From Laetmonice hystrix (lineage: Eukaryota): DNA of 64,000 nt. The stretch lies in contig OZ249445.1 in assembly GCA_965235115.1 (NCBI GenBank), positions 11,904,001-11,968,000 of the forward strand. The letters are read 5' to 3'. The notes beneath the pieces are model-generated. The model searched no databases. It saw only the letters and a list, made by a program, of their open reading frames with translations, and was not told the origin of the DNA. A program made the position numbers and the translations under genes. Within the stretch, counting starts at the first letter, position 1; each line of letters opens with the position of its first letter. Shown here piece after piece: positions 24,901-38,400 of this stretch.

Positions 24901-25561
24901 CACTTGGTTCCTAATATCACAACTCTATAGCACAGCATAATTTATACTACCAGACTAAAGAAATCCCTATTCGGCCATTCCAATTTTATTACATGTCTAA
25001 AAAACATTCATGCAGTCAGTTGGCATTCCGTCCACAGGGATGATCTACTGCCAGTATGAGTGATATGTGTATTAATGCTTAAACCGGCGAGGCCAAGGGA
25101 TGCACTCGTACACTCACCAAGTTAAAATACCATCAAAACGGCTTAGCTCTCGTAATCCGCGATTAGCGTGGCGAGTCCCTGACTGGCGTTGGGGAGGAGA
25201 TTCATTACGAGAACCTGTTGAAAAACGAGGTTAGCTAAACAAACGCACCTGTCGGGGAGGACGCCAGTTCCCAGGACAGTGGCTGGGCGGTGTGTGTGTG
25301 AGGGAGACAATGAGCGACAACTGTGTCAACCTGGGTGCCGTTACATAAATCACAGCCCTGAGTGGTTCGCCTTATTGAACCGTTTAACATCGAGTGTTGT
25401 CTTCATCCCGTATTGTTCAGCATAGAGTGTCCCTCAGTGTCGCCGACAGCAGCTGTCAAAGACTGACGGCCGTGGTTACCGGAGCGTCAGGCGCTATGTG
25501 AGTGACATGAGAACGAGTTGATATTATGTGTCATGTATTACAGCGCACCTGTCCACCTGTC

Positions 25562-25960
25562 CTGGTGTAGGAGTATCAAATCGCTACCCCATATAAAATC
25601 ACTCGAGAGTGACAAAATCACTCTAGAGTGTTCTGATCCTATAGGATGAAATCACTCTAGAGCTGATCCTAGGATGAAATCACTCTAGAGTGTTCTGAAC
25701 CTAGGATGAAATCACTCTAGAGCGTTCTGATCCTAGGATGAAATCACTCTAGAGCGTTCCGAACCTAGGATGAAATCACTCTAGAGCGTTCCGAACCTAG
25801 GATGAAATCACTCTAGAGTGTTCTGAACCTAGGTAGAGTGTTCTGAACCTAGGATGAAATCACTCTAGAGTGTTCTGAACCTAGGTAGAGTGTTCTGAAC
25901 CTAGGATGAAATCACTGGAGAGTGAAAAGTTAGGATAGTGATTTGATCCTGCTACACCTG
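25562..25960. mobile_element. Putative non-autonomous TIR element (MITE-like) with an internal 32-bp minisatellite
   Basis: Imperfect terminal inverted repeats, 23 of 28 identical (25562-25589 vs 25933-25960), enclose about 10 copies of CTAGGATGAAATCACTCTAGAGTGTTCTGAAC. No clear target-site duplication. Confidence 0.6.
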
Positions 25961-27917
25961 CTCGTTATGCGACCACAGACCGGCCGGGAGAGACACCAAC
26001 ACTGGGAGGTACAGACCGGCACATTCCTTGACCAGTGCCCAGTGAGTACATCAATGCACGTTTTGAATCTGTAATATCATTCAGGTCGGTATTACGACCA
26101 GCCAAGTATCAGATCAAAGACGCCGCATGCCCTCGGGGACACACTGTACTCCTGACACCTCCGACTCTAGCGATCACACAAACATGGCGCCTACAGGTGT
26201 CAGCCTCCCAGATAACATAACCCCCACCCCACCACCTCAGGTATCACGGATGGAGACCCTCCCCGGTGGTGGTGATACCCGGCGTTTACCCCTTCCTCCG
26301 TCCTACCTGTGAGAATCCCACACCTCCACCGTCCAGTCAGGTGTGTACAATCCCTGGGGATCCTGCTGTGACCATCACGTCCTCTCAGATCGCACACCGC
26401 CTCCTGTATGTCCTACGGTTCACACACTCTCCACACCCGTCTATCCTACAGTTGTGGTCACACCTTGTCTCCTCCAGGCTCCACCCTCCAGTCGACCCTC
26501 ACACATTCCACTGCCGGGAGACAGAGCAAGAGATCATCCACCTGACATACACCCGGCGGCCGGCCTCCAGCACGCCACTCCGATACGCCTCGCTAGGTGG
26601 CGCCCGCTGACCGACGGTTGATTGGCGGCGCCAGTACGCACGCGTGGCCGGCTGCTGACCATGGTTGCTGCCAGCCACAGCGCCTGGGTCTGGCCCTGTC
26701 CTCACGGCTGTACTACTGACAGGACAGTCACCGTCAGCCGGCCGGCGGGCAGGCGCCACCAGTTACCACGGTAACCATGACTCACGATAGGCTAGCTAAC
26801 TATCAGATCAGTTCATCAATGGCCGACCATCTCTTCGAGGTGAAATGTCGCCAAATCACGACGAACTTAATTCAGTGACAACCTTGTCACCATTTGTTTG
26901 TTTGTTAACCCCGGAACAATTTGCTTCGATCTGCTTTTGTCTTGAGTGTTTCCAAGAAGGCCAACATTTGGCAATAAGTGTGCATACTGTTCCATCCGAT
27001 GTCCCCCAGTCTGATGACCTCTAGCTGTGACTATCCTATGCTGGGGCAGACCGTGGGATTGGCTGGGGTTGTGGGATGGGCTGTGGTTGAGGGGGGTGGA
27101 CTGCTATGGAAGGATCAAGTGAGGGCAGTTGGCGCCAGCGACAGAGGACGACAGCTGCAGTCGGTTCTGCAGTCCACAGAGTACATGTGTGAGAAATGTA
27201 CAAGACGTACAAAAAAACACTACAGTCAGCCGCTTCATTCCGGGCAAGAAACCTCCCACTTGTGTCATGAAGGTTTTACTTTGACAAGGATAGATCGACC
27301 ATCCACCAAAAATTCGACATTTCTTTGAAAAAAGGTTACTTGGTGGAACATGTTCTGAGTCAGTACTCGCCGACCAGGCTCAACATATGGCACGAGGGAC
27401 AATCTCCAGGCGAGCCATGTTGTCTGGAAACTGTGGAGACAATTAGTTACTTAATTAACCATTCACCACCGCCGTCCCAAATCGTCATGCGCCATTCCCT
27501 GTGCACACTGAGAATCATTAAACATCTCACATCCCAAACACGGACAACTAAATGCAGATCTCAACCACTCGCCTACCCTAGTCATAATTCAATAGAGACA
27601 CCAATATAAAACCGAGGAATGCAGGCTTGATGTTTGGTGACCAGAACGTCTAAAATAGTCCGAGTGAGACAAACTCTGGCGCCACTCTGGGGTCTGACTG
27701 CCTCTTGGCGCCACGATTGGCTACCGACCGTATTCATACATACGTACCCGCTTCTTCATCACATCTTACTGCATTCATACCCACCCTAAACATCTCCTCT
27801 CCCTCCACCAAGGCTCATTCCCAGTCAGCCGGCAGTAAGTCCTTTCACATACTGACTATAACTGACCACTTTATCAGCACTCAGCAATCCTGATTGTATT
27901 CACACCCGCCCCACATA

Positions 27918-28178
27918 TCACTGATTCTGCCATCCTGCATGTGGCCATACTCACACCCGTCCAGAACCTCACTGATTCTGCCATCCTGCATGTGGCCATA
28001 CTCACACCCGTCCAGAACCTCACTGATTCTGCCATCCTGCATGTGGCCATACTCATACCCGTCCAGAACCTCACTGATTCTGCCATCCTGCATGTGGCCA
28101 TACTCACACCCGTCCAGAACATCACTGATTCTGCCATCCTGCATGTGGCCATACTCATACCCGTCCAGAACATCACTG
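27918..28178. repeat. Minisatellite, 51-bp unit, 5 copies
   Basis: tcactgattctgccatcctgcatgtggccatactcac... at 27918, 27969, 28020, 28071 and 28122. Confidence 0.95.
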
Positions 28179-31100
28179 GTACAGTCCCCCTGACTGAATC
28201 CCATCCTAACAGCCCCAACGTCCTGATCCACCCATCCACACCCACACCCACCAAACATCACTTGTCCCGTACCTCAGACCCGTTTACCCAGCACAAAACT
28301 CTGGTGATCTTACCTGTACCGGACCAGTCGTCCTCTCTGTACTCCCGGTCACTTTACAACCACTCGGTCAGTCCATGACTGTATCCATACCCACATAAAA
28401 CCCATCCGTCACTGACTGCAGCAGCACTGGATAGAGTCTGACAACCCATAACGTCCACACCCAAACACTTTACGCAGGAAGATGCTCAATGGTGCTAAAA
28501 CAGCTGGCCGCCTGCCTTTATGACAGCCTTCGGTTCATTGTCAATCAACAATCGTCGAGAGGCGCCACTGGGATCCAGGGGTTGGGCTGGCTGCTGATAC
28601 GGTTTCCATGACAACCAACCCGTTGGACTCAGACTCGGGTGGTTACTTTGTTAATGAACACAACGGTGTGCGTATTCTGAAGTGGGTCATAAATTATCTC
28701 GTATTCCCAGGGGGTCTCCTCTTCCGCGTATAAGAAATTTCCCAAACCGTTTTCATATTTTTTCCTCAATAAATCATCTTAGATATTTAGCAAGAGTGAC
28801 CTAAGCCATTATCTCTAAGATTTCTCAGAGTCGGTCTCGATATAAAAGACAAACGGCACAGAAGGAGCATCAAGAGAACGCTTGACACCAGAGGGAGCCA
28901 CTCTCCCATAAGCCTTCTAAGTCCGACCACAGAACTATGTATGTACTTTCGGTGGTCAGGAGGAGACAGATAGCTCCGAGGGTAGGCCAGCCAAAATGTA
29001 GAGAATTACAAAAAAATAAATGGATTTATAATTGTAAGGAAAATACATTAAATCATATACTCAAATATTTAAGCAATTTATTTTTGTAAAAACATGCATT
29101 TTTGCTGCTCATTGGATGAAGAATTATTGACCGCAAAGATCTAATGGAGTGTGTGCAGTGTAACATCCCATTACACGCCGCAACCATTAAGACGGCCGCT
29201 CTATTACCCATTACAACCAGCTACCATTACCCATTACAACTCCGGTAGCCGACCCATCACCATAAACTGGACCAGGAACCGACAACGTCTGTTGGCGCCA
29301 CGGAACCCCGTCAATATCATGGGGATATCCTACTCTACGTCTGTCTGCCACTGCTACAAATTATACACGGCCATATGTCTTAGAATTTAATCATTACATA
29401 ATTATTGACATTTCAACTCGCATCAAATTGTTTTACTCCAATAAAAATGCTCTTTTGATTTATACAAAGGACAGCTCAATAAACACCCTACCCCCCCCCC
29501 CCTTTACAACCCACCCACCCCGTTCGGAATGAGACCCATGTTCTACATATTCTCTAGGAAAGAAAAGGCTCAATCTGTCCACATTCATACGGCTATGAAC
29601 AGGGCAATCGAAATTCGCAATGGTTGATCACGGCGTGATACAATAATTTCTTTTTCTTCTCGAACAACTTTGAACCAGCCCAATACTTGTACAGCCGCAT
29701 TATGCTAAAATTGCAAGCAGTCACCTGTCCTTTAGGTTACAAGTTGGCACAACTACTAAATATGAATACAAAATGCCAATAGCACTTGTATAGCAGTTGC
29801 TGGAGCGACCGTTTCTAAGTGACCCACGTGTCATGTCAGGGTCAGAGGTCAGTAATCGCCGTACGTTGTAGAGTGGGTCTGAGTGCCGTGGGAGGTGTTC
29901 CCTGCCGCCGGGAGCTCGTCCACTTCCCGGTGAGTCAGTGTCTGGTTTCACGGGTCGACCCAGCCACAAGTGGCCGAGTATTCATGAGGGACCTCCAGCA
30001 TGCATACCAGGCGGGAGGTTTCTGACTGACCGAGAGACAGCACGACACGGGCTGACCCTCGCTGTATTCTCCTCACGTCGGAATACAATCTCAGTCAACT
30101 CATCATATCACCTCTGACGCAACAATAGCCAGTTTTTCCTAACTGCACACTAAACAAATCATGACCTTATAATGTCCCTTTATCATGTTGGTGTCTCACT
30201 GCCCTATGTTCACTGTCTCAGTATAAAGGTCAATTGTTCAGTCCCTTGGATCTCAGCACAAAGGTTCGCTGTTTAGTCACTCGGATCTTTATACAGCGGT
30301 CCACTGTTGAGGAACATGGTTCGGCATGAAGGTTATGTGTTCAGCCACTTAGATCACAATATGAAGGACTAAAACCACTTGACCGCCAGTATAACTATCC
30401 CATGTTCAGCCAGTTGAACCATATTGTTCAGACAGTGTCCCGTCCACAGTCCCATCCCGTTCAGAGACTGATGTCTCTCCCTGACCCGTTTTCTCTCTCA
30501 CACACTGTGATCATAAAGTCCTCACCTAGAGATCACATCTAATTTCAGGACGTCCATTTCTAGGGTCTCCACTGTTTACGTGTTCATACACCCTGTGCCT
30601 TGTTCTATAAGTCAACCATGGGCACACTGGTGGTCTCTTTGATGTTGATTTGTTGACCCGACACCTTGACAATGAAACACTTAGATTTACTTCACCCTCT
30701 CCCTACCCTTTACTCACTCATAACCACCTGTTCTCAGGGCATACATGTAGAGTGCACCTGTCATAAATACAGAATGTAGAGGGGGTGGGGGAACATATTT
30801 ACCCTTTTCGCTGACCAATTACCGGCCACCCCCATATCCCACCCCTTCGAGGCCACACACGAAGACATTAATCATGTGAACCACTGATTCCTTCTCCATA
30901 GCGAGTGCCAGTTCTTCCAGGTGACATTTTCACATGAAACCATCCTGCAGAGATTGGCTGTATTAGTATATCCCTCATGTAACCACGGGTGCTTACCCCC
31001 CCCCCCCCCCCCCCCCCCATCCACCTCTCAACGTCTCTTATATAAAAACCTGTTTCTGGGGGATGTTATATCACTGCATTGTCTATAGACTATACGGAAC

Positions 31101-31654
31101 CCCAGGATAGAAAACATAGAATAGCCATTAACTATGAGATACCCGCCCCTCGCAAAGGATTGCCTCGATCCAAATGCATGTAAATTTCCTGGAAGCTACT
31201 GGGATTTTCTCTATCTGAGAGAACCAGCACCATACAGATACTGCCTGCCCCGGCATGTGGCACAGAGTACCCACACGTGCCACTGAGGGTCAGACATCGC
31301 TGTTACTGTACACAGGAACATAGGACGCTATCACACCCCTGAGACTCATGCATTCTCAGCCGACATTGTTGTATGTCTCTGCTGTCTTTGATTTCATCTA
31401 CATTCTGCATAAAGGGGACCTTTACTCGGGCAGCACCGGGTACTACGGTTTTCTTCACCCGGGACGCTACCGGCTCGACTGTTAACAATACAGTTTGGAC
31501 ATAAACACTATCCACTCCATCAGCACTAATCAGGGATAGAAGAACTGACAGGGAATATTCTTTAAGCCATAATTAGGAAAATTAGACAATTTACAAAATT
31601 CTGCATTTTCCCCAAGTCGGGGTGCCTAATTCTGACGAGGGCCCAGCGGCCCAT

Positions 31655-31856
31655 CCCCGACCCTGGCCCGGCGCCCTGAGCCCCACACCCCGACCCTGGC
31701 CCGGCGCCCTGTGCCCCACACCCCGACCCTGGCCCGGCGCCCTGTGCCCCATACCCAACCCTGGCCCGGCGCCCTGTGCCCCACACCCCGACCCTGGCCC
31801 GGCGCCCTGTGCCCCATACCCCAACCCTGGCCCGGCGCCCTGTGCCCCACACCCCC
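31655..31856. repeat. GC-rich minisatellite, 33-bp unit, 6 copies
   Basis: ccctggcccggcgccctg at 31661, 31694, 31727, 31759, 31792 and 31825. Confidence 0.95.
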
Positions 31857-32393
31857 GCCGGGAGCGGCGGTCCACCGGCGACAGGAGGAATCAGCGGCTC
31901 GTACTGGAGCAGACAGTCAGGCCCCTGGAGCACGGCCCCCCTTACCACCCCCATTTGATCTCCAATACACCCGGGGATCCCCCCCTGGGATTAATGTCTG
32001 ATCCCTAGTGGATCCCACTGCCAGTCATCACGACTCCTGCCTTCCCATTCCACATCTCTATACGCAGACATTCTGGCGTTTTGAAAATCAGCCAAATTTG
32101 AAAACAAGTCCCTTTCCCATATCCCTCTGGCCTATAACGTCGTATTAATCAGCTTTGAACCCTAATGTTGAGCAGACTTGGTACTGAATGATGGGTTACA
32201 ACCTCTTAAATTGTCTCTCCACACACTTCTAGGAGATGGTCCAGGAATTACATTAAGGACGCAGACTAACCGGGCATAGTGACAGGCGCCGCCCCCATTA
32301 CGACTACAAACTGACTGGTGGCTAGTATATGTCAGCATATCCATCTTCAACATTTCAGGCCTTTTTTCTCAGAATATCTCCCCTCCAAGTTGT

Positions 32394-32407
32394 CCACCAG
32401 GGGGCGT
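32394..32407 (+). promoter_or_regulatory. CTCF-like core motif CCACCAGGGGGCGT
   Basis: 13 of 14 match to the canonical core. Confidence 0.5.
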
Positions 32408-35400
32408 GAGCGGGCCACTAACACCCCACCTGGGAGGCCTGGGGTAGGTGGTACTCGGGGCGCTCTTATCACAGTTATTGGGGGTCCCCTGACGGCACCC
32501 CCTCCCGACCGAGGGACGGTTCCCACCCCCCTCCAGTAATCTGTCCACCAGTAGACCCCTCCCGGTCCATCAGACGGTCCCCGACCGATCTACCGCCAGC
32601 CTCCAGCGTCTGACGGTTGCCAGGCAACGAGAGCGGCGGGCTGGGAGCGCGTCCAACCAGACATGACTTATAACTCCCATGTGTTTTCACGACGTTTGTG
32701 AGTAATTGACGTGTTCCCATGTAAAAAAGGACTTGTCCATTTGTCAGGCACATACGGTGTAAACCAGAAACATGTGGCAGAGAACGTGTCTACCAGGGGA
32801 GAGACAATAGCAGTTTGCCCCCTGCCTGTTCTCTGCCTAGTGTCGATGTTAGGGGCGCTGTGTTGATAGCCTGATGTTTACAATACAACACGGTATGACG
32901 GCCCATCACCCTACAGGCAACCACTCTATTTTATCCCATCCCACCATGACCAGAAACCCTTGGGGTATCACAGCCCAATAGTTGACTCCTAACCCCTGAC
33001 AACTTTCATCTCCATAAGGTTGTCTTCTCGGCCGCGGACGGCTCCGAGTGGCTCCATTAAGTGGACTTAGTCCCAATAATCTGCTCGCCAATCTCCTCCC
33101 TGTTGCTAATCCATTAACCTCCTAATCCATCAACCCCCTCCTGGCATCTCGGATCTTGTGATGGGTTATTGGCCGTTATCTTCTCAAAGATCAATTGACC
33201 AAGTCTATCCTGGGGTGGAATGTTGAGGGTGGAAAACCGCTTAGTACAAGTCCAAGGGCTACTGTTCTTGGCCCTGCTTTATCCAAGATTGGAGTTTATG
33301 GACTGCTTAGCTATAATCTGATTGACGGGTTATTATTCACTCCTACGAACAGACCTTTTGACTGAGTGGCTCAGTTTAAACAGCCAACCAACTACAGGTC
33401 TGATCACAGTAAGCCAGCTGCGATGACTGTAAGAGGAGAGTCAGTACGGTAAGAGTGAAAAACCTTGCAAACATAAACCCAATAACATGCATGTCGTTAG
33501 TGAAATCTAATGGTGAAACTGAAGCTTGCCAAGTGGCCACGTGACTCGGTAAACTTGCTTGGGTTTACGGCTATTGAATGACGGTGTCATAATTTGTTCG
33601 ATCATGTTGGATGTTGTTGCACATCCCTGGTTCAAAGGCACGTAGTCAGTGAGCCCTAACCAGAGAGAGAGGCCGCTGGGAACGTTCGCCCGTCAGGGTG
33701 CTTACATTCCCATTCGGCTGGCTGCTCAGTTTTCATTACGGGTTGCTGACAATGTCAGCAGGCGAGGTGTATATCCCTCCGCAGCACCAAGTGTTTATCA
33801 GGTCAAGTAGGCATGTTTATCTTTCATCACAACAGAGGAGGGGGGGATGGGTAGGGGTGACTGTGGAAATCTAACCTTTCACTCTGATGTAACTTTTCTC
33901 CCAAAAGGCCCAAGGCCGAAATGCCCCCACCCCCGGGCCGAGTTCGAATCCGTCCAGCGGCCCAAGCTCCATCCTCAAGCTCAGCCTTCACGCCCCAAGC
34001 CATTATGTACCAAGCTTATACCTCAGTCCAAGGGTCCAAAGTTCAGCCTTTACACCCCAACGCCAGCCTCGACCTTACAATCAACCCTCAGCTCAGCCTT
34101 TATACCCCAGTTCCATTCCAGTTCCTATCTCAGCTACAAGCTTCATAGAGCCTTTTCACAGCTCCAGCCACAAGTTCAGCTCATTGGCAACATCCACCGC
34201 TCCAGCCAAAAGCTTAGCCCTCATATCAAAGTCAATGCCCAGGTCATTGCCCTAAATTCAGTGCTAAGGGCAAAGCCACAAGCCAAGTTTATCCCTAATT
34301 ATACATTCAAGTCCAAGTTTAGTAAAAAGCCCAATCTCTAACCCAGGACAATCCGAACCATGCACGTGAAAGCTCAGTCCACTCCTAGACTCCGATCAAT
34401 AAACCTAAGTCCAGCTTCAAGTTCATAAATCGACTTGAAATCAGTGCAAGGTGCACTGATAAGATTATCTACAAGATAATTATAACATAGGTGTTTGATT
34501 AGCACTAATAAAGCTTCCACTTAAACGCACACGTTATCTTTACTTAATGAAATTAGGCAGAACAGTTACTAAAAACGCCAATAAAATGCGATTAATAAAG
34601 CTTTAAAACAAGGTACCCCGGTATAGAGTTGATTAAGTTGTCCGTGGCTATAATTGATGATGTAAAACCATATTATGCGACGTGAGGACAAACCATGAAG
34701 ACTAGATCCAATAGAAAGATCTCTACCCCACTGCTGCCCTTCTCCATCGGTACTGAATCAACATTTAGATGTAAGAGAACACTTCGTTCTCATGCTTCAC
34801 AATAATATTATAGAGAAAATAAGTGGATAGGCAGGATAGAAACTCGCATGCAACATACAATATATATACTATATAATAATACTAGTGTATTACTCTGAGG
34901 TACCAGAGCCTACCAGAGCCTACCTCGGCAAGGCTGGCACAGCTGGTGATTGGTAAACCCCCACCCCACGTGTCACATTAAGACATGCAGTCAGGGCACA
35001 CATATCTCGGTATCTGATGTACCTTGAACAAGCTGGGTCCCAGTTGGGTCCTAATTGACCGATATTACACAAGGATAGCATAAGTTAATGAGAGGCCTGG
35101 GGCCCGGGCTATCCGTCAGTCAGCTGGGTCACACATGGGTCTGACGGTGCCGTCACACCGGTGTGACCTCTCACTGCTCCGACGGTCACAGAGACTTGTC
35201 TCATGTGGGGCTGTTAGTGGCCAACAATAAGCCACATTAGGTTTTCCTGTCGTAGAAACAGTATGTTCCGGTGTAAGACATGGCAAGCAGTTCTATCAGC
35301 CTACTGATGTTTCATAAAGCCAAACCTAATCTCTGGCACCGTTGGTGGACGGTTGAACTGTTTCATCCAGCATTGTACGCCCGGCAATATCCTTTCAATA

Positions 35401-38400
35401 TTCTGGTTCTTCCAGCAGGCCCGAGAGTTAGATTCTCAAGGGGAGATATCAAACGGGTGTGGGTGAGAAGTTGGAATTAAGATGAACCTTGTTCTTCAAT
35501 GGATTAACGCCTTCTACCTTATAGAAAAGGACGTCATTTCTGTTGATAACATAAATTTTGTTAAATATATTTCCAGAACACAACCCTCCTTCCCAATTGA
35601 AATAAATAAACTTATATTGACATGCAAACTTGGGAATCAACCTGACAATCATATCTCCAATTGCACACTATGATCTTATCCTTGCAAGAAACAGCTGCAA
35701 TAAGGAAAAGGCAATTAACGTAGGCTACGTCTAAACGGGTACTTGTCAATGTATGGGAGCACAGTTGGAGCAATATAAGAAAGATATATCATGGAGCCTC
35801 GCTGTACAGGGTGAAAAATGAGAGCCATATCACGAGCCTGGGGCACTAATATTGCCAGCATTCATCGTAAAGTCAATCAGGAATTTGACACGCCAAAAAG
35901 CATCCCTCAGTCCAGGCACTGATGGATATGGCGTAGCTATGGCAACACTGGGCATGGCCATGCAATCCCACAGCAACCATTTCCTATGAAGCAGTTCTCT
36001 ACTTAAAGGCCGCTGATGTATATGTGTGTGTGATATATGCTGCCTCCTGGGTTAGCGGGCGATCACCCAAACAGCCGCATCACCTCTGGAATATCACCTC
36101 GGAGACTATACTCAACATCCAACATCATTCGGATATTGTCCTTACTGAATGAAAGCACGCTCCGCATACACAGACGGCAGACATATAATATATCAAATAT
36201 ATATTATATCTATACATGGTGGGAATATCATGGCATGCATGATGGTTGTACGGACGGTATAGGCATGTTAACAAGCACCATGCCCCCGTATCGATGGTAT
36301 AATAATAATAATTGTGGCCCCATGCTGGAGACGATCAAAGACCGGTTGTGAACGGTCCCTCGATCGGTCATGTTCAGAGGCCAGTCACACGTATCCTCGG
36401 CCACACTCACATACACATCATAAACAATAGACGTCTACAGGCTCAGCCACTACAGTACATACTAGATAGGAGAATATATTGAGTGTTTTCTACTCATATG
36501 TGAACAGCAAATGAGTATATCAGCAGAAAACAAATATTGCACATTCATAATGTGTCTGACACAAAATACACGTCCAGCACAACTACGACCACTCGTGGCC
36601 GAAGATAGAAAAATATAACAAATCAAGAAACAAACAAAAATCACGATCTGGCAGCACACACAGACTTGCTGAGGTTTTCAATATATCAAGATGAAAACCA
36701 CAGAAAATAGCAGTCAATACGGAAATAAATATTTATGCAGACGTAAAGGAAAGAGAGAGGCAATATTATGAAGAAATAATGATACAATACATGTATGCTG
36801 CAGACTATAAACATTCCGTGTTACTTACATTGGTGGCATTCATCTGTAGATCGAGGATAAAGATGATAAAACCATCAGGTTAGATAATATTTCACATTAT
36901 AAATGTCACAATAAACAATGGTTGTCAAAAAACATGTTGACTCTATTATAATCGTACCATCCTATCCTTCCTCAATGTGTTCTTCCCCTTGACTACCTGC
37001 TCCAGTACAACATACATGAACATGGTCCTTCCGAATGAAATATCTGTCACAAGAATATCACCTCTGTATGGGTGGCTTTCTCCGGTCATCCCCACCAACC
37101 TTTGTTTCATAACCCTCTCTATTGAAACTCGTAGCCGTTAACAAAGGTTGTCTACGACCAAAGAGTTCAGGTCAAGTTTGAAGGTAGAAATACAGGTATA
37201 TACATATGTGAGCGATGACATATGAACATGACCACTGACTGAAGTTATGACAGTGAGGTAAACTCCTCCCACGCTCCAAACTACATGTATGTGCTTACAT
37301 GGGGCTCACCATCGCTCTGAACGACGAAATATTGAAGGCCGGAGTTTGGTCAAGGTTACCTTCAGCCCTCAAACTCTATTAATTTTTTCATTAAAAAGTC
37401 AAATAGGCCTATGAATTTAAAACATAATGACAGATGTTATCACGTCCATATCTGAGACCGTGATGAAGGCGATCATTTTTTTCTTGGGCAGCACAATAGC
37501 GCACGTGTCACATTTAAGTTTTAATCAATCCAATATGTTTCGAACCTCATGGATTCCTTCCAGGGAGTTCTTTGGTAATCCTACTTATGCCTAGCTAAAG
37601 CCTGTGTGTAACCTTTATTATTTCTCTTCTATAAAGCCCAAAGGTTCAAAAACAAGGTTTTCTCTGCCACTAACAACCAGTGTGAGCCATATATCGGAAC
37701 CAGCCATCCTTCATGCTCAGATAAGATATTTTTTATTGTTCAGCTCTGTAATAAATTAGATGCTCTCTCAGTTGAAACTTGTATAAATCAGAGCTAAATG
37801 TTAACACATGTGCTAAGGTTTATGGCCTACAAGAGGAACAGGTAGAAACGATTTAGACCAAATATATTCCAGGATTTCGGTGCACGTGTGTGAGATGTGG
37901 GGTTTGTTTGTTAGGGACGGGGTGGTTGACTATGTGCTTGGTGACATGATAAGTTTGCTACCCCTCCTATTTCCCCCCTTTCTCCACACCTCTCAGTACT
38001 GTCCGTAAATGACCCACCTATGGTCATTGAAACAGTATGTTAAGTAAATGCGGATTACCTAACCATACCTAACCACACATAAAGGAATGGCCGTAATTTC
38101 ACGGTTGGAGAATGCCGTTTTGCCGCGAGCGTGAGAGGGCCGACTTTTTGTGGTTGGCGCGCCCCAGGCACGAGTAACTGTAATACCCTCCAGGAACCCC
38201 GGCTACAACGCTGGTCTCGTGTCCTACAGCTGTAGAATAGCTCTCAATATCTCTAGCAGGCAGGTAAATGTCTGCTGATCGGTTCTTGTTGTAACAAAGC
38301 ATGAAATAAATACAAAAAAGTTATACAAAGCATATACCTGACATGTATGCTCGAAGAACTAGCCATAGTGACTTATATTAAGGTCACCTATCCGTCTTCT

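Noticed and set aside
29721-29969. Protein-like minus-strand ORF (…RHSDPLYNVRRLL…)
   Set aside because: No ATG, an in-frame stop just upstream, no pyrimidine tract at the candidate acceptor, and weak donors.
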